Assembly: GCA_036521875.1 (NCBI GenBank)
Contig: DATDGX010000019.1
Span: 4,019 to 68,018 of the forward strand
From: Candidatus Binataceae bacterium
Lineage (GTDB): Bacteria > Desulfobacterota > Binatia > Binatales > Binataceae
Length of the DNA stretch: 64,000 nt
Reading direction: 5' to 3'
The position numbers and the translations under genes were made by a program. Positions 48,038 through 57,201 of the stretch are shown in pieces (the stretch's first letter is position 1; each line of letters begins with the position of its first letter). The notes under the pieces were generated by a model that did not search any database, was not told where the DNA came from, and was given only the letters and a program-made list of their open reading frames with translations.

Positions 48038-48427
48038 ATGAAGAAGCTCGCTCTAATCACCGTCATCGTGCTGGCCGGATGTGCTGCGACCAGAACCCCG
48101 ACCGGTGGCTTGGACCCAAGGCTCGCGGGTTTGGAAGAGAAGAGGCAAATGATCGCCGAGCGTGAGAAACACTGCATCGACGAAACGCAGACACCTAGCC
48201 GTGATGAAATGGCGCGGATAGCAGCAACTCCTGACTACTACGTTGAATTGCGGATCCAGCGGGAAAACGACGAGCGCGATCGGGAAGTTTCGGAATGCCG
48301 CGCCACAGGCGACATGGAAAACGCCGGAATCTCGGAGCAAGAGCGCAAAGAATATGAGCTTCAGGCGCAGCAAGAGCACGATCGCGCCGCGCTCATGATG
48401 ACGCTTACAACCACCAAGCAGCATTGA
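48038..48427 (+). CDS. hypothetical lipoprotein
   Basis: Begins MKKLALITVIVLAGCAAT with lipobox LAGC. The mature part is charged and helical. Confidence 0.4.
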   Translation: MKKLALITVIVLAGCAATRTPTGGLDPRLAGLEEKRQMIAEREKHCIDETQTPSRDEMARIAATPDYYVELRIQRENDERDREVSECRATGDMENAGISEQERKEYELQAQQEHDRAALMMTLTTTKQH

Positions 48428-48601
48428 AGTCTATGAAGAGAGGCGCGATGCATTCTCAGCGAAACATTTCGTCGATCACCAAAAGCTTGCTTCTGACAAA
48501 TTCTCGTTGTCCTCGCCCCGGTTCTCGGCTGGTTTGCGCTGTTGGCCTACACTTGCGCCGCCGCATTGAGTAACGCACGCTTAGCTAGTTAAGGACGTAA
48601 T

Positions 48602-49198
48602 ATGAGTATTCATCGTGATCTCAGATCACTCGTCATCATGGTAGTAATGACGTCGAGCCTATTCGCGGCTGCTGGATGCCACCGCGACTCGGAGGGTGGC
48701 GTCGCCACCGCAAGCTGCCTCACCGACACCAAGCTGGTCGATCAGAATGGCAACACGGTCACGCTCTCTTCGCTCAAGGGCAAGCCGATGGTGGTGGATT
48801 TTATCTATACGTCGTGCCCGGGACCGTGCCTGATGGAGACGGCAAAGTTGGCCAACGTCGCGCTGCGGCTCGGCGGCGACCTGGGTTCGAAAGTGACGAT
48901 CGTTTCGCTCAGCGTCGATCCGGAGCATGACGGACCCAAACAGTTGCTCGATTACTCACGTCAGCAAGGAGCGGACGAGAAAGGATGGTATTTTCTGACC
49001 GGAGGTTCCGGAGACATCGATAGGGCGCTGGCGGGTTTCAATCTCAGCCGGCAAATCCAGCCGGACGGCTCGGTCGGGCACCTGGTCGATATGATGCTGA
49101 TCGGACCGGATGGACGGTTGATCCGCGAATACAACGGCGAAATCGTAAAGGCGCAGGACATCGTCGATGACGTCAAGAAAACCTTGAACAAGGGTTGA
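48602..49198 (+). CDS. SCO1/SenC-family copper chaperone/thiol-disulfide protein
   Basis: Lipobox AAAGC, the CxxxC motif (FIYTSCPGPC) and a conserved distal His (SVGHLVDMMLIGPDG). Confidence 0.8.
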   Translation: MSIHRDLRSLVIMVVMTSSLFAAAGCHRDSEGGVATASCLTDTKLVDQNGNTVTLSSLKGKPMVVDFIYTSCPGPCLMETAKLANVALRLGGDLGSKVTIVSLSVDPEHDGPKQLLDYSRQQGADEKGWYFLTGGSGDIDRALAGFNLSRQIQPDGSVGHLVDMMLIGPDGRLIREYNGEIVKAQDIVDDVKKTLNKG

Positions 49199-49233
49199 TA
49201 GGTGCAACCGTCCCTCCCACTGATTTGCTCAAT

Positions 49234-49824
49234 ATGACTTCAACAGTATCGACCGTCACCGCTGATTCGGCGGGCCTGCTTCCAGCGCGAAGTCTCGGAG
49301 CGCAGATTCTGCGCGACCTCGGCGGCGTCGCCCTGCTTGCAATCGCGTCCCTCGTGGCTGGACTCGTGATGAACCGTTTTTCGTCCGCACCCCTTCCGAT
49401 CGCCTATCAAACGCCGGAACAGCGGTTCGATGTCGAGTTGACGACTCTGGTCGCGGCGCCCCCGTTCAAGATCGCGCCCGCGGCAACCGTCGGACTTGAG
49501 GAATTCCATTCCGCCGTCGACAGCAAAAGCGCGCTCATCCTGGATGCCCGGCCGTCGGTGTTCTTCGAGCAGGGACACGTCCCGGGAGCGTACAATCTCG
49601 CGCGAGACGACTTTGCGCACGACTATCGGGACCTGGCCGGGGTGCTGCGGGCCGCCCATGACAAGCCGATCATCGTGTACTGCTCCGGCGGCGACTGTCA
49701 TGACAGCCGCCTGGTCGCAAACGCGTTGCTGAGCCTCGGCTTCAGCAATGTGAGCATCTTCACTGGCGGGTGGGAGGCATGGTCGGCGGCGGGACTGCCG
49801 GCATCGACGGGGAGCGGACGATAA
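49234..49824 (+). CDS. membrane-anchored single-domain rhodanese (sulfurtransferase)
   Basis: One TM helix (VALLAIASLVAGLVM), then rhodanese fold with active-site loop IIVYCSGGDCHDS. The ORF is open from 49195. Confidence 0.65.
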   Translation: MTSTVSTVTADSAGLLPARSLGAQILRDLGGVALLAIASLVAGLVMNRFSSAPLPIAYQTPEQRFDVELTTLVAAPPFKIAPAATVGLEEFHSAVDSKSALILDARPSVFFEQGHVPGAYNLARDDFAHDYRDLAGVLRAAHDKPIIVYCSGGDCHDSRLVANALLSLGFSNVSIFTGGWEAWSAAGLPASTGSGR

Positions 49825-50297
49825 TGTCTCCCGACAATTCGCGCCGCTATGTCGTGGTCGCGATCAGCGTGGCCCTGGCTGCTGTATTCATCTACGCGGG
49901 CATCGACAAGATCCGCGACCCGCTGCAGTTCGCGGATAGCATCGCTGGATTCGCGATCCTGCCGGCGCTGCTCATCAACCTGCTGGCGCTGGGTCTCCCG
50001 CCCTTCGAGATCGCATGCGGCCTCTTGTTGCTCGGGCCATGGACCAGGCGGGTCGGCTCGCTCGCGGTCGCTGTCATCTCGGTAGTATTTTTCACGGCGT
50101 TGGCGTCCGCACTGCTTCGGGGTCTCACACTCGACTGCGGATGCTTCGGGACCGGCGCGCCATCGCGACCGCGAATGTGGCTGGAGCTTGCACTGGACGC
50201 GGTGTTGTTTTCGGGCGCGCTGTTCGTCTATCTACGCTCGATAGAAGGTCTCACGACGAACGGCCGGCGGCTCAGGCGCCATGCAGGCGTCGCTTGA
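49824..50297 (+). CDS. DoxX/MauE-family membrane protein
   Basis: 158 aa with four TM helices and the DCGCFG motif shared with MauE. The ATG overlaps the rhodanese stop (ATAATG). Confidence 0.65.
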   Translation: MSPDNSRRYVVVAISVALAAVFIYAGIDKIRDPLQFADSIAGFAILPALLINLLALGLPPFEIACGLLLLGPWTRRVGSLAVAVISVVFFTALASALLRGLTLDCGCFGTGAPSRPRMWLELALDAVLFSGALFVYLRSIEGLTTNGRRLRRHAGVA

Positions 50298-50331
50298 TCT
50301 GAAGCACGCGCGCTAAGCGGGCGAGGCGCAA

Positions 50332-50412
50332 ATGAATCGGCGCGCCGTAATCGTCGCAAGTGCACTCCTGGGCTCGCTGCTTTGCATTCATGGCGGCGCG
50401 GAAACTTTTTAA
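50332..50412 (+). pseudogene. degenerate duplicated copy of the mauB 5' end (signal-peptide region), 26-codon remnant ORF
   Basis: 50309-50400 aligns at about 75% identity with 51013-51105 (mauB RBS plus MNRRAAIIAVALIGVLLC). The remnant encodes MNRRAVIVASALLGSLLCIHGGAETF then stops. Confidence 0.5.
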
Positions 50413-50442
50413 AATTTATACAGAGAGAACCAGACTTTTAGT

Positions 50443-50882
50443 ATGAAGCACTCCCTTCTTCTCATGCTCGCGGCCTGTTACTTCTAACCAATACGGTGGC
50501 CGGTTCCGCGGAGTCTGTGACCTCTCCAGCAACTCCGGAAGGTGAGCAAGAAGAGGTTTTGTTTCAGAAGACTTTGGAAAGTAATCCACCGAAAGACATA
50601 GTGCTGATGACCGTCGAATATGCGCCGGGAGCTGGCGACTCCCCTCACCTACACCCCGGCTACGCTTTTGTTTACGTGATGGCTGGCGAAATGGTTTCTC
50701 AGCTCGATGGGCAATCAAAACAGGTATATCGCAGCGGTCAGTCGTGGTTCGAACAACCATACGAGCATCACGTAACCTGCAGGAACGCGAGCACCAGCAA
50801 GCCTGCGAAGATACTGGTCTTTTTTCTCCTGGAGCACGGCTCCAAAAACACCATCGACTTGCCTGAAGCGGAACATAAATAG
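50443..50882 (+). pseudogene. secreted cupin-domain protein interrupted by a frameshift in the signal-peptide region
   Basis: ATG 50443 encodes MKHSLLLMLAACYF then a stop. The +1 frame continues LLLLTNTVAGSAESV... into an intact cupin (GDSPHLHPGYAFVYVMAGEM). Alternatively this is a non-secreted cupin from GTG 50496. Confidence 0.45.
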
Positions 50883-51038
50883 GCAAATCCTGCTCAAGTG
50901 GCGGCGTGGCCTATGAAGTCGATGCGCGTGCCGGAATTGCCCGAATTTCCTGAGGGCCTCGGCAGCAAATAGCGAATCGGCTGCGCGCGAGGCCGCTTGA
51001 CCTGGCCGAAGGCCGCGTACTAAGCAGGCTAGGCTCAA

Positions 51039-52184
51039 ATGAATCGGCGCGCCGCAATCATCGCAGTCGCATTGATCGGCGTGCTGCTTTGCGTTCGCGA
51101 GGCAGCGCTCGCCGAGCTTCCCATCGACCAGATGAAGACGCTCGAGCTCGGCGCGCCCGCGCCGAACTGGGTATATGTACTCGATGCCCAGTATCCCGCC
51201 GCGATGATTAGTAAAGTACATATTATCGATGGCGACTCGCGGAAACTCCTCGGTCAAATCAACGGCGGCTATCTGAGTAATTTTGCGCTAGCGCGGAACC
51301 ATCGCGAAATATACATGATCGATACTTACTACTCGCGCGGATGGCGCGGGACGCGCACCGACGTGGTATCTATTTTCGACGCGAAAACACTCACGGTAAT
51401 CGGCGAAATAGAAATTCCTCCCAAGCGAATCCTGATCGTTCCAAAGCCTGACACCACCGCGCTCACGCCCGATGGCAGGTTTCTGTTCGTCGCCAACATG
51501 ACGCCCGCGACCTCGGTGAGCGTCGTCGATCTGAAGGCGCGCAAATTCGCCGGCGAGATCGACATCCCTGGATGCGCCCAGGTGCTGGCCGCCGGCAATC
51601 GCCGCTTCGCCTCGATATGCGGGGATGGCTCGATGCTGACCGTGGATATCGACGATTCCGGCAAGCTCAGGAACCGCAAGCAGGGCAAGCCGTTCTTCGA
51701 TCCGAACCAGGACCCGGTGTTCGACCAGCCGGTGATGATCGGCGCCAGGGCGTACTTCGTTTCCTATCACGGGATGGTTCACGCGGTCGATCTCGCGGGC
51801 GAGCAACCGGTGGCGGAGCCGCAATGGCCGATTCTGTCCAGCGAAGATCAGAACCAGTCATGGCGGCCCGGCGGATGGCAGGTGATCGCGGCGGACCAGA
51901 AGTCCGGGCGCCTGTATATAATGATGCATCAGGGCGGCGAGTGGACGCACAAGCAGTTTGGCAAGGAAGTGTGGGTATTCGACGCGGCGACGAAAAAGCG
52001 CATCAGACGGATCCAGTTGAAAACTGAGGCATACTCAATTCTCGCGAGCCAGGGTGACAAGCCTATGCTATTTGGTTTGTCGCTAGTGCAGAGCCAGCTC
52101 GAGACCTATAGCGCGGCGGATGGAAAATACCTCGGCGTGTATCAGGGCCTCGGCACGCCATTCGTGCTGTACGGATCGCAATAG
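51039..52184 (+). CDS. mauB: TTQ-dependent (methyl)amine dehydrogenase heavy chain
   Basis: 381 aa with a signal peptide and a seven-bladed beta-propeller-type sequence with MADH heavy-chain conservation (YVLDA..., DGRFLFVANMTPATSVSVVD, GRLYIMMHQGGEWTHK). Confidence 0.8.
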   Translation: MNRRAAIIAVALIGVLLCVREAALAELPIDQMKTLELGAPAPNWVYVLDAQYPAAMISKVHIIDGDSRKLLGQINGGYLSNFALARNHREIYMIDTYYSRGWRGTRTDVVSIFDAKTLTVIGEIEIPPKRILIVPKPDTTALTPDGRFLFVANMTPATSVSVVDLKARKFAGEIDIPGCAQVLAAGNRRFASICGDGSMLTVDIDDSGKLRNRKQGKPFFDPNQDPVFDQPVMIGARAYFVSYHGMVHAVDLAGEQPVAEPQWPILSSEDQNQSWRPGGWQVIAADQKSGRLYIMMHQGGEWTHKQFGKEVWVFDAATKKRIRRIQLKTEAYSILASQGDKPMLFGLSLVQSQLETYSAADGKYLGVYQGLGTPFVLYGSQ

Positions 52185-52220
52185 TCACAAGCGTGCAATC
52201 GAAGTTGCAACTGAGTTGAG

Positions 52221-52778
52221 ATGAATGTGCTAGTGCCGATAGACCCGGTAGCAATCTGGATCGCAGCTCTTTCGTTGGCGATCATATTCGTCGCGTCGGC
52301 GGCGCTGAAGCTCGCGGATCTGGGACAGTTCCGCGGCGCGGTGGTGAACTATCGGATTCTTCCCGAGGCGATCGCCGGCGCGGTCGCGTCGATGATTCCA
52401 GTCGCCGAGCTTGCGGGCGCCGTCGGGATTTTGCTGCCGGAGACGCATGCGATGGCCGCCGCGCTAATGGTCGCGATGCTGATCGCGTTCACTGCCGCAA
52501 TCGCAGCGAACCTGATCCGCGGCCGGCGCCACGTCGATTGCGGATGCTTTGGCGCGGCTCTCCGCCAGGAGCTTAGCTGGTGGCTGGTGGCGCGCAACGC
52601 CGCGCTTGCGATTCTCGCGATCGTCGCGGCGGATGGCGGCGACGGCCGCGTGCTGGCGCGCTTCGATATCGTCACGATCGGATTTGGCGCCGCTTCCATC
52701 GTCCTGCTTTATTCCGCCGCGAATTACCTGCTGGCGAATGCGCCCGCGATGCGAGCGCTGGTGACGCAAGATGCCTGA
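52221..52778 (+). CDS. mauE: methylamine utilization membrane protein MauE
   Basis: 185 aa with four TM helices and the DCGCFG motif, immediately downstream of mauB. Confidence 0.75.
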   Translation: MNVLVPIDPVAIWIAALSLAIIFVASAALKLADLGQFRGAVVNYRILPEAIAGAVASMIPVAELAGAVGILLPETHAMAAALMVAMLIAFTAAIAANLIRGRRHVDCGCFGAALRQELSWWLVARNAALAILAIVAADGGDGRVLARFDIVTIGFGAASIVLLYSAANYLLANAPAMRALVTQDA

Positions 52779-53433
52779 GGCGCTGTACGTTTCGCAGGCG
52801 GTTCTCTGGATCGTGGTGGCGGTCCTCGCCGCGATGGTGCTGGCGCTCGCCCGCCAGGTCGGCGTGCTGCACGAGCGCGTCGCGCCGATGGGCGCGTTGA
52901 TGATCGATCGCGGTCCGCGCGTCGGCGAGAAGGCGCCGGTCTTCGAGCTGCCAGATCTCGCGCGCCGCGCGGTGAAGGTCGGCGCGCCGAATCCCGACGG
53001 CAGGAGCACGCTGCTGATGTTCGTGTCGCCGACCTGCCCGGTCTGCAAGAAGCTGTTTCCGATCGTGAAGTCGATCGCACAAGATGAAGCGCGATGGCTC
53101 GACGTGGTATTCGCGAGCGACGGCGAGGAGGCGGAGCAGCGGCGCCTGGTTCGCGCGAGCCGCCTCGAGTCGTTTCCGCTGCTGCTCTCCCGCGAACTCG
53201 GGATGACCTACCAGATTGGCAAGCTGCCGTACGTGGTGCTGATCGACGAGGAGGGCGTGGTGCGCGCGAAGGGGCTGGTCAACACCCGCGAGCATCTGGA
53301 GAGCGTGCTGGAGGCCAAGCAGATGCGGGTCGCGTCGCTCAATGAATATCTCGAGAGCCGGCATGATCATGGCGCGGCCGGCGCGGTCCTTTCCAACGGG
53401 GAGAGAGGCGGCAAGCATCATGGAAATGGATAA
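52771..53433 (+). CDS. mauD: methylamine utilization thioredoxin-like protein MauD
   Basis: An N-terminal TM helix, then thioredoxin fold with CPVC. Its start overlaps mauE. Confidence 0.75.
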   Translation: MPEALYVSQAVLWIVVAVLAAMVLALARQVGVLHERVAPMGALMIDRGPRVGEKAPVFELPDLARRAVKVGAPNPDGRSTLLMFVSPTCPVCKKLFPIVKSIAQDEARWLDVVFASDGEEAEQRRLVRASRLESFPLLLSRELGMTYQIGKLPYVVLIDEEGVVRAKGLVNTREHLESVLEAKQMRVASLNEYLESRHDHGAAGAVLSNGERGGKHHGNG

Positions 53434-53929
53434 GCTCGTCGAGCGGATGACGCGCGCGGTCGCCAGGCGGACTTCGCGGCGCAGCTTCCTCGCCTGGGTC
53501 GGAAGGGTGGTGCTCGGCGCCACCATGTTCCCGCTATTGCCGGTCGACCGCGTCGCCGCCGCCGCGAACAACCCGGGGCCCAACGCCAACCTCAATGACG
53601 ATACCGCATGTGACTATTGGAAGTACTGCGCGATCGATGGGTTCCTGTGCTCGTGTTGCGGCGGCGGCTCGCACGATTGCCCGCCCGGCGCGATACCGTC
53701 GCCAACTTCGTGGGTCGGCACCTGTCACCATCCGGGTGACGGCAAAGACTATATAGTCAGTTACCGCGATTGCTGCGGGAAAACGCCGTGCGGACGATGT
53801 ATCTGCGGCAACACGATCGGCGATATGCCCGTCTACCGCCCGCAGCTCGACAGCGATCTCGTCTGGTGCTTCGGCGCTCCCAACATGGTCTATCACTGCT
53901 CGACCGCCGAAATTGTCGGAGTGAAGTGA
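53420..53929 (+). CDS. mauA: (methyl)amine dehydrogenase light chain (TTQ-bearing subunit)
   Basis: Tat signal RRSFLAWVG, then a mature domain with about 12 Cys and Trp residues (DYWKYCAIDGFLCSCCGG...DCCGKTPCGRCICG...WCF). The ORF is open from 53342. The MEMDK start at 53420 has GAGAGG upstream. Confidence 0.8.
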   Translation: MEMDKLVERMTRAVARRTSRRSFLAWVGRVVLGATMFPLLPVDRVAAAANNPGPNANLNDDTACDYWKYCAIDGFLCSCCGGGSHDCPPGAIPSPTSWVGTCHHPGDGKDYIVSYRDCCGKTPCGRCICGNTIGDMPVYRPQLDSDLVWCFGAPNMVYHCSTAEIVGVK

Positions 53930-53997
53930 CTAATGCCGGAGCGAAGTGACTATTGCCGGCTGAACCGAGTTTACTATTATCGGAGTGACGTGGCGCG

Positions 53998-54492
53998 TTG
54001 AAGCTTGCGCTCGCGTCCATCGTTTTCGCCGCCGCGACAGTCGCGTGCGCGCGCGGTTTCGCGGCGGAGAGCGTCGTCTACCAGGCCAAGTGCGCGGTGT
54101 GCCATCAAGCGGCGGGTCAGGGCGTCGCCGGCGTCTATCCTCCGCTTGCGGATTCGATCGGCGCTTATCTCCGCGTCGCCGAGGGGCGGCGCTATCTCGC
54201 GAGCGTGGTTGTATTCGGAATGTCGGGACCGATCGAAGTGGCGGGCCAGACCTACAACGGCCTGATGCTGCCGCAGGGCGATTTGACGGACGCCCAGCTC
54301 GCCGGCGCGCTCAACTTCGTACTCGAATCGTTCGACGCGAAGCTACTGCCCCAAGGATTCAAGGCCATTGCGCCGGAGGAATTAAAGAGAGCGCGCGCGG
54401 CGCATCTCACGGCAGGCGATCTAAGTCGCCAGCGCCAGGCGATGCTCGAGGCGCTGAAGCACGCTGGGGGCGCGAGCGCGGCTATCCGATGA
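53998..54492 (+). CDS. periplasmic mono-heme class I cytochrome c
   Basis: Signal peptide, CAVCH, c4/c5-like PPLADSIGAYL...LTDAQLAGALNFV. TTG start. Confidence 0.7.
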   Translation: MKLALASIVFAAATVACARGFAAESVVYQAKCAVCHQAAGQGVAGVYPPLADSIGAYLRVAEGRRYLASVVVFGMSGPIEVAGQTYNGLMLPQGDLTDAQLAGALNFVLESFDAKLLPQGFKAIAPEELKRARAAHLTAGDLSRQRQAMLEALKHAGGASAAIR

Positions 54493-54932
54493 AAGCGTTG
54501 CAAAGCCGCGCCGCGGTGCTCGCGATGGTGATCGGAGTGCTCGCGCCGGCGCACACCGCGCTCGGGCAACCGGCAAGTCAGCTCTACCTGCTCAACTGCT
54601 GGGGATGTCATCGGCCGAACGGCGAGGAAATCCCAGGCACGGCGCCGTCGCTCAAAGGCGCGGCGGATTTTCTGCGCGTGCCCGGTGGGCGTGCGTACCT
54701 GATTCGGGTGCCGGGAGTGGCAGAGTCGGCGCTCGACGACGCGCAAGTGGCTGCGGTCATGAACTGGATATTGAATTCCTTCAGCAAGGATCGGCTGGCG
54801 GCGGATTTCACTCCCTACGATGCCGCCGAGATAAGGAAGTATCGCGCGGAGCGGATGCTCGACGTGGTGGGAACGCGCAAGGCGCTGGTCGCGAAAATGA
54901 TCGCGCTGAAAGTGCGCTCGCGAGATGAGTAG
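54489..54932 (+). CDS. periplasmic mono-heme class I cytochrome c (paralog)
   Basis: Starts ATGA, overlapping the upstream stop. Signal peptide, CWGCH, and the same fold pattern (AESALDDAQVAAVMNWILNSF). Confidence 0.65.
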   Translation: MKALQSRAAVLAMVIGVLAPAHTALGQPASQLYLLNCWGCHRPNGEEIPGTAPSLKGAADFLRVPGGRAYLIRVPGVAESALDDAQVAAVMNWILNSFSKDRLAADFTPYDAAEIRKYRAERMLDVVGTRKALVAKMIALKVRSRDE

Positions 54933-54980
54933 CGACAGATACCGGGACGCCCACAGCGCATCGAGTATCCGAGGGACTAG

Positions 54981-55886
54981 TCACTTGCGCCTCTCGTGAA
55001 GAAGGGCAGCGCGGGCGGCTTTGATCTCTGCGCGCCGTGCGGCGTCGACCTTTGGGAAGGACAGGTTCAGGCTTTCGAGTGCGTCAACGATCGCGGCAGC
55101 GACCACTATGCGTGTGAACCACTTGTGATCGGCCGGGACTACATACCATGGCGCATACTCAGTTGCGGTGTGGCGAATCATATCCTGGTAGGCATCCATA
55201 TAGTCATTCCAATATTTGCGCTCGCGAACGTCGGCGGCGGAAAATTTCCAGTTCCGCTCCGGCACGTCGAGCCTTTTCAGGAACCGCCGTTTCTGCTCTT
55301 CCTTCGAGAGGTGAAGGAAAAACTTCAGCACCACCGTTCCGTTGCGCGCCAGGTAGCGCTCGAAGGCGTTTAGATCTTTGAAACGCTCCTTCCAGATCTG
55401 TTTCGTCACCAGAGAGGCAGGCAGCTTCTGCGCGGCGAGCATCTCGCGATGAACTCGCACAACCAGAACTTCCTCATAGTAGGAGCGATTGAAAATCCCG
55501 ATGCGACCGCGCTCCGGCAGACGATGGTTGGTTCGCCACAGGAAGTCGTGGTTGAGCTCTTCGGCGGACGGCGTCTTGAACGCGGACACTTCGCATCCCT
55601 GGGGATTGACGCCGGACATCACGTGGTTGATCACGCTGTCCTTGCCGGCCGCGTCCATGGCTTGCAGCACAACCAGCAGCGCCCAACGCTCCTGCGCGTA
55701 GAGTTGATGTTGCAGGTCGCGAAGCGGTTTGAGACCGCGTTCGAGGAGTTCCTCCGCGCTCTCGCTCGACTCGATGCCCAGGGTATCGGCGGGATCGATC
55801 GCCTGGAGGTGAAAGCTCTTGCCGTCGGTCACTCGAAACGGCTTGGCAAATTTGCTGAGGTTCATCGGCAGAGTTATATCAGCCAC
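54981..55886 (-). CDS. polyphosphate kinase 2 (PPK2) family protein
   Basis: Walker A-like VLQAMDAAGKDS, then FKTPSAEE / NRSYYEEVLVVRVH blocks typical of PPK2. Confidence 0.8.
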   Translation of the reverse strand: MADITLPMNLSKFAKPFRVTDGKSFHLQAIDPADTLGIESSESAEELLERGLKPLRDLQHQLYAQERWALLVVLQAMDAAGKDSVINHVMSGVNPQGCEVSAFKTPSAEELNHDFLWRTNHRLPERGRIGIFNRSYYEEVLVVRVHREMLAAQKLPASLVTKQIWKERFKDLNAFERYLARNGTVVLKFFLHLSKEEQKRRFLKRLDVPERNWKFSAADVRERKYWNDYMDAYQDMIRHTATEYAPWYVVPADHKWFTRIVVAAAIVDALESLNLSFPKVDAARRAEIKAARAALLHERRK

Positions 55887-55926
55887 GATCCATTTCCGGT
55901 ATTGACACTATAGAAAACAGCAACAG

Positions 55927-57114
55927 ATGAGCTCGGCGATGGAAGCGTTCGACGTCGTGATCCTGGGCGCCGGTGCGGCCGGGTTGATGTGCGCGATGAC
56001 GGCAGGGCAGCGCGGCCGCCGCGTGCTGTTGCTCGAACGTGCCGCGCAGGCGGGCGCCAAGATCCTGATCTCAGGCGGCGGACGCTGCAACTTCACCAAT
56101 CTCGAGGTGGCGCCGGAGCGCTTTCTGTCCGGCAACCCGCATTTCTGCAAGTCGGCGCTCAGCCGCTATGGGCAGAGGGACTTCATCGCGATGGTCGAGC
56201 GCCACCGGATCGCGTATCACGAGAAAACCCTGGGACAATTGTTCTGCGACGGCTCCGCGCGCGGGATTCTCGACATGCTGATGGCGGAGTGCGCGGCGGC
56301 TGGCGTCGATGTGCGTCTCGGTCACGACACCAGCGCGATCACGCGCGCCGATCGTTATCGCATCGAAACCAACCGGGGCAGCTTCACCGCGCCGGCGATC
56401 GTGATTGCGACTGGTGGTCTGTCGATCCCGAAAATGGGCGCGACCGGCTTCGCTTACGACCTGGCGCGGCAATTCGGCTTGCCGATAACCGCGCCGCGGC
56501 CCGGGCTGGTGCCGCTCAAGGCCGCGGGCGAGACGCTGAGCCTGTGTCAGTCGCTCACCGGAGTTTCGGTCGACGCGGTGGCCTCATGTGGGCGGGACAG
56601 CTTTCGTGAGAACATTCTGTTCACCCATCGCGGGTTGTCGGGCCCGGCCATCCTGCAGATTTCGTCTTACTGGCGAGAGGGCGAAGCGATCTCGCTCGAC
56701 CTTGCACCCGCCTTGGACGCGGAGAGCTTTCTCAAGGACCGTAAGCGCTCGCGTCCGCGGGCCGAGCTCAAAACCGTGCTGGCCGAAGTGATCCCGACCC
56801 GTCTGGCGCACGCGCTTGCAGAGGGCGCGCGGCATCCGGGCTCGATAGCGAACCTGCCCGATCGCGATCTCGCCGCGATGGCCGCGAGGCTGAAACGCTG
56901 GGAGGTGCGGCCAACACAATCGGAGGGATGGGCGAAGGCCGAAGTGACGGTGGGCGGTATCGATACCGCGGCACTGTCTTCCCGGACGATGGAGGCGCGC
57001 AACGTTCCCGGTCTTTATGCGATCGGCGAGGGCGTCGACGTCACCGGCTGGCTCGGCGGCTACAATTTCCAATGGGCATGGTCGAGCGGATGGTGTGCCG
57101 GCCAGGCCATATAG
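55927..57114 (+). CDS. BaiN/YhiN (HI0933-like) family NAD(P)/FAD-dependent oxidoreductase
   Basis: FDVVILGAGAAGLMCA dinucleotide motif, then KILISGGGRCNFTN and C-terminal GGYNFQWAWSSG. Confidence 0.75.
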   Translation: MSSAMEAFDVVILGAGAAGLMCAMTAGQRGRRVLLLERAAQAGAKILISGGGRCNFTNLEVAPERFLSGNPHFCKSALSRYGQRDFIAMVERHRIAYHEKTLGQLFCDGSARGILDMLMAECAAAGVDVRLGHDTSAITRADRYRIETNRGSFTAPAIVIATGGLSIPKMGATGFAYDLARQFGLPITAPRPGLVPLKAAGETLSLCQSLTGVSVDAVASCGRDSFRENILFTHRGLSGPAILQISSYWREGEAISLDLAPALDAESFLKDRKRSRPRAELKTVLAEVIPTRLAHALAEGARHPGSIANLPDRDLAAMAARLKRWEVRPTQSEGWAKAEVTVGGIDTAALSSRTMEARNVPGLYAIGEGVDVTGWLGGYNFQWAWSSGWCAGQAI

Positions 57115-57201
57115 CTAATGATCCGGCGAACTGACTAATGTACCGCGCGCCCATAAGCCGAATAGTCAGTCGTCTAATGACTATTCGCGGACTGGCTCCG
57201 G

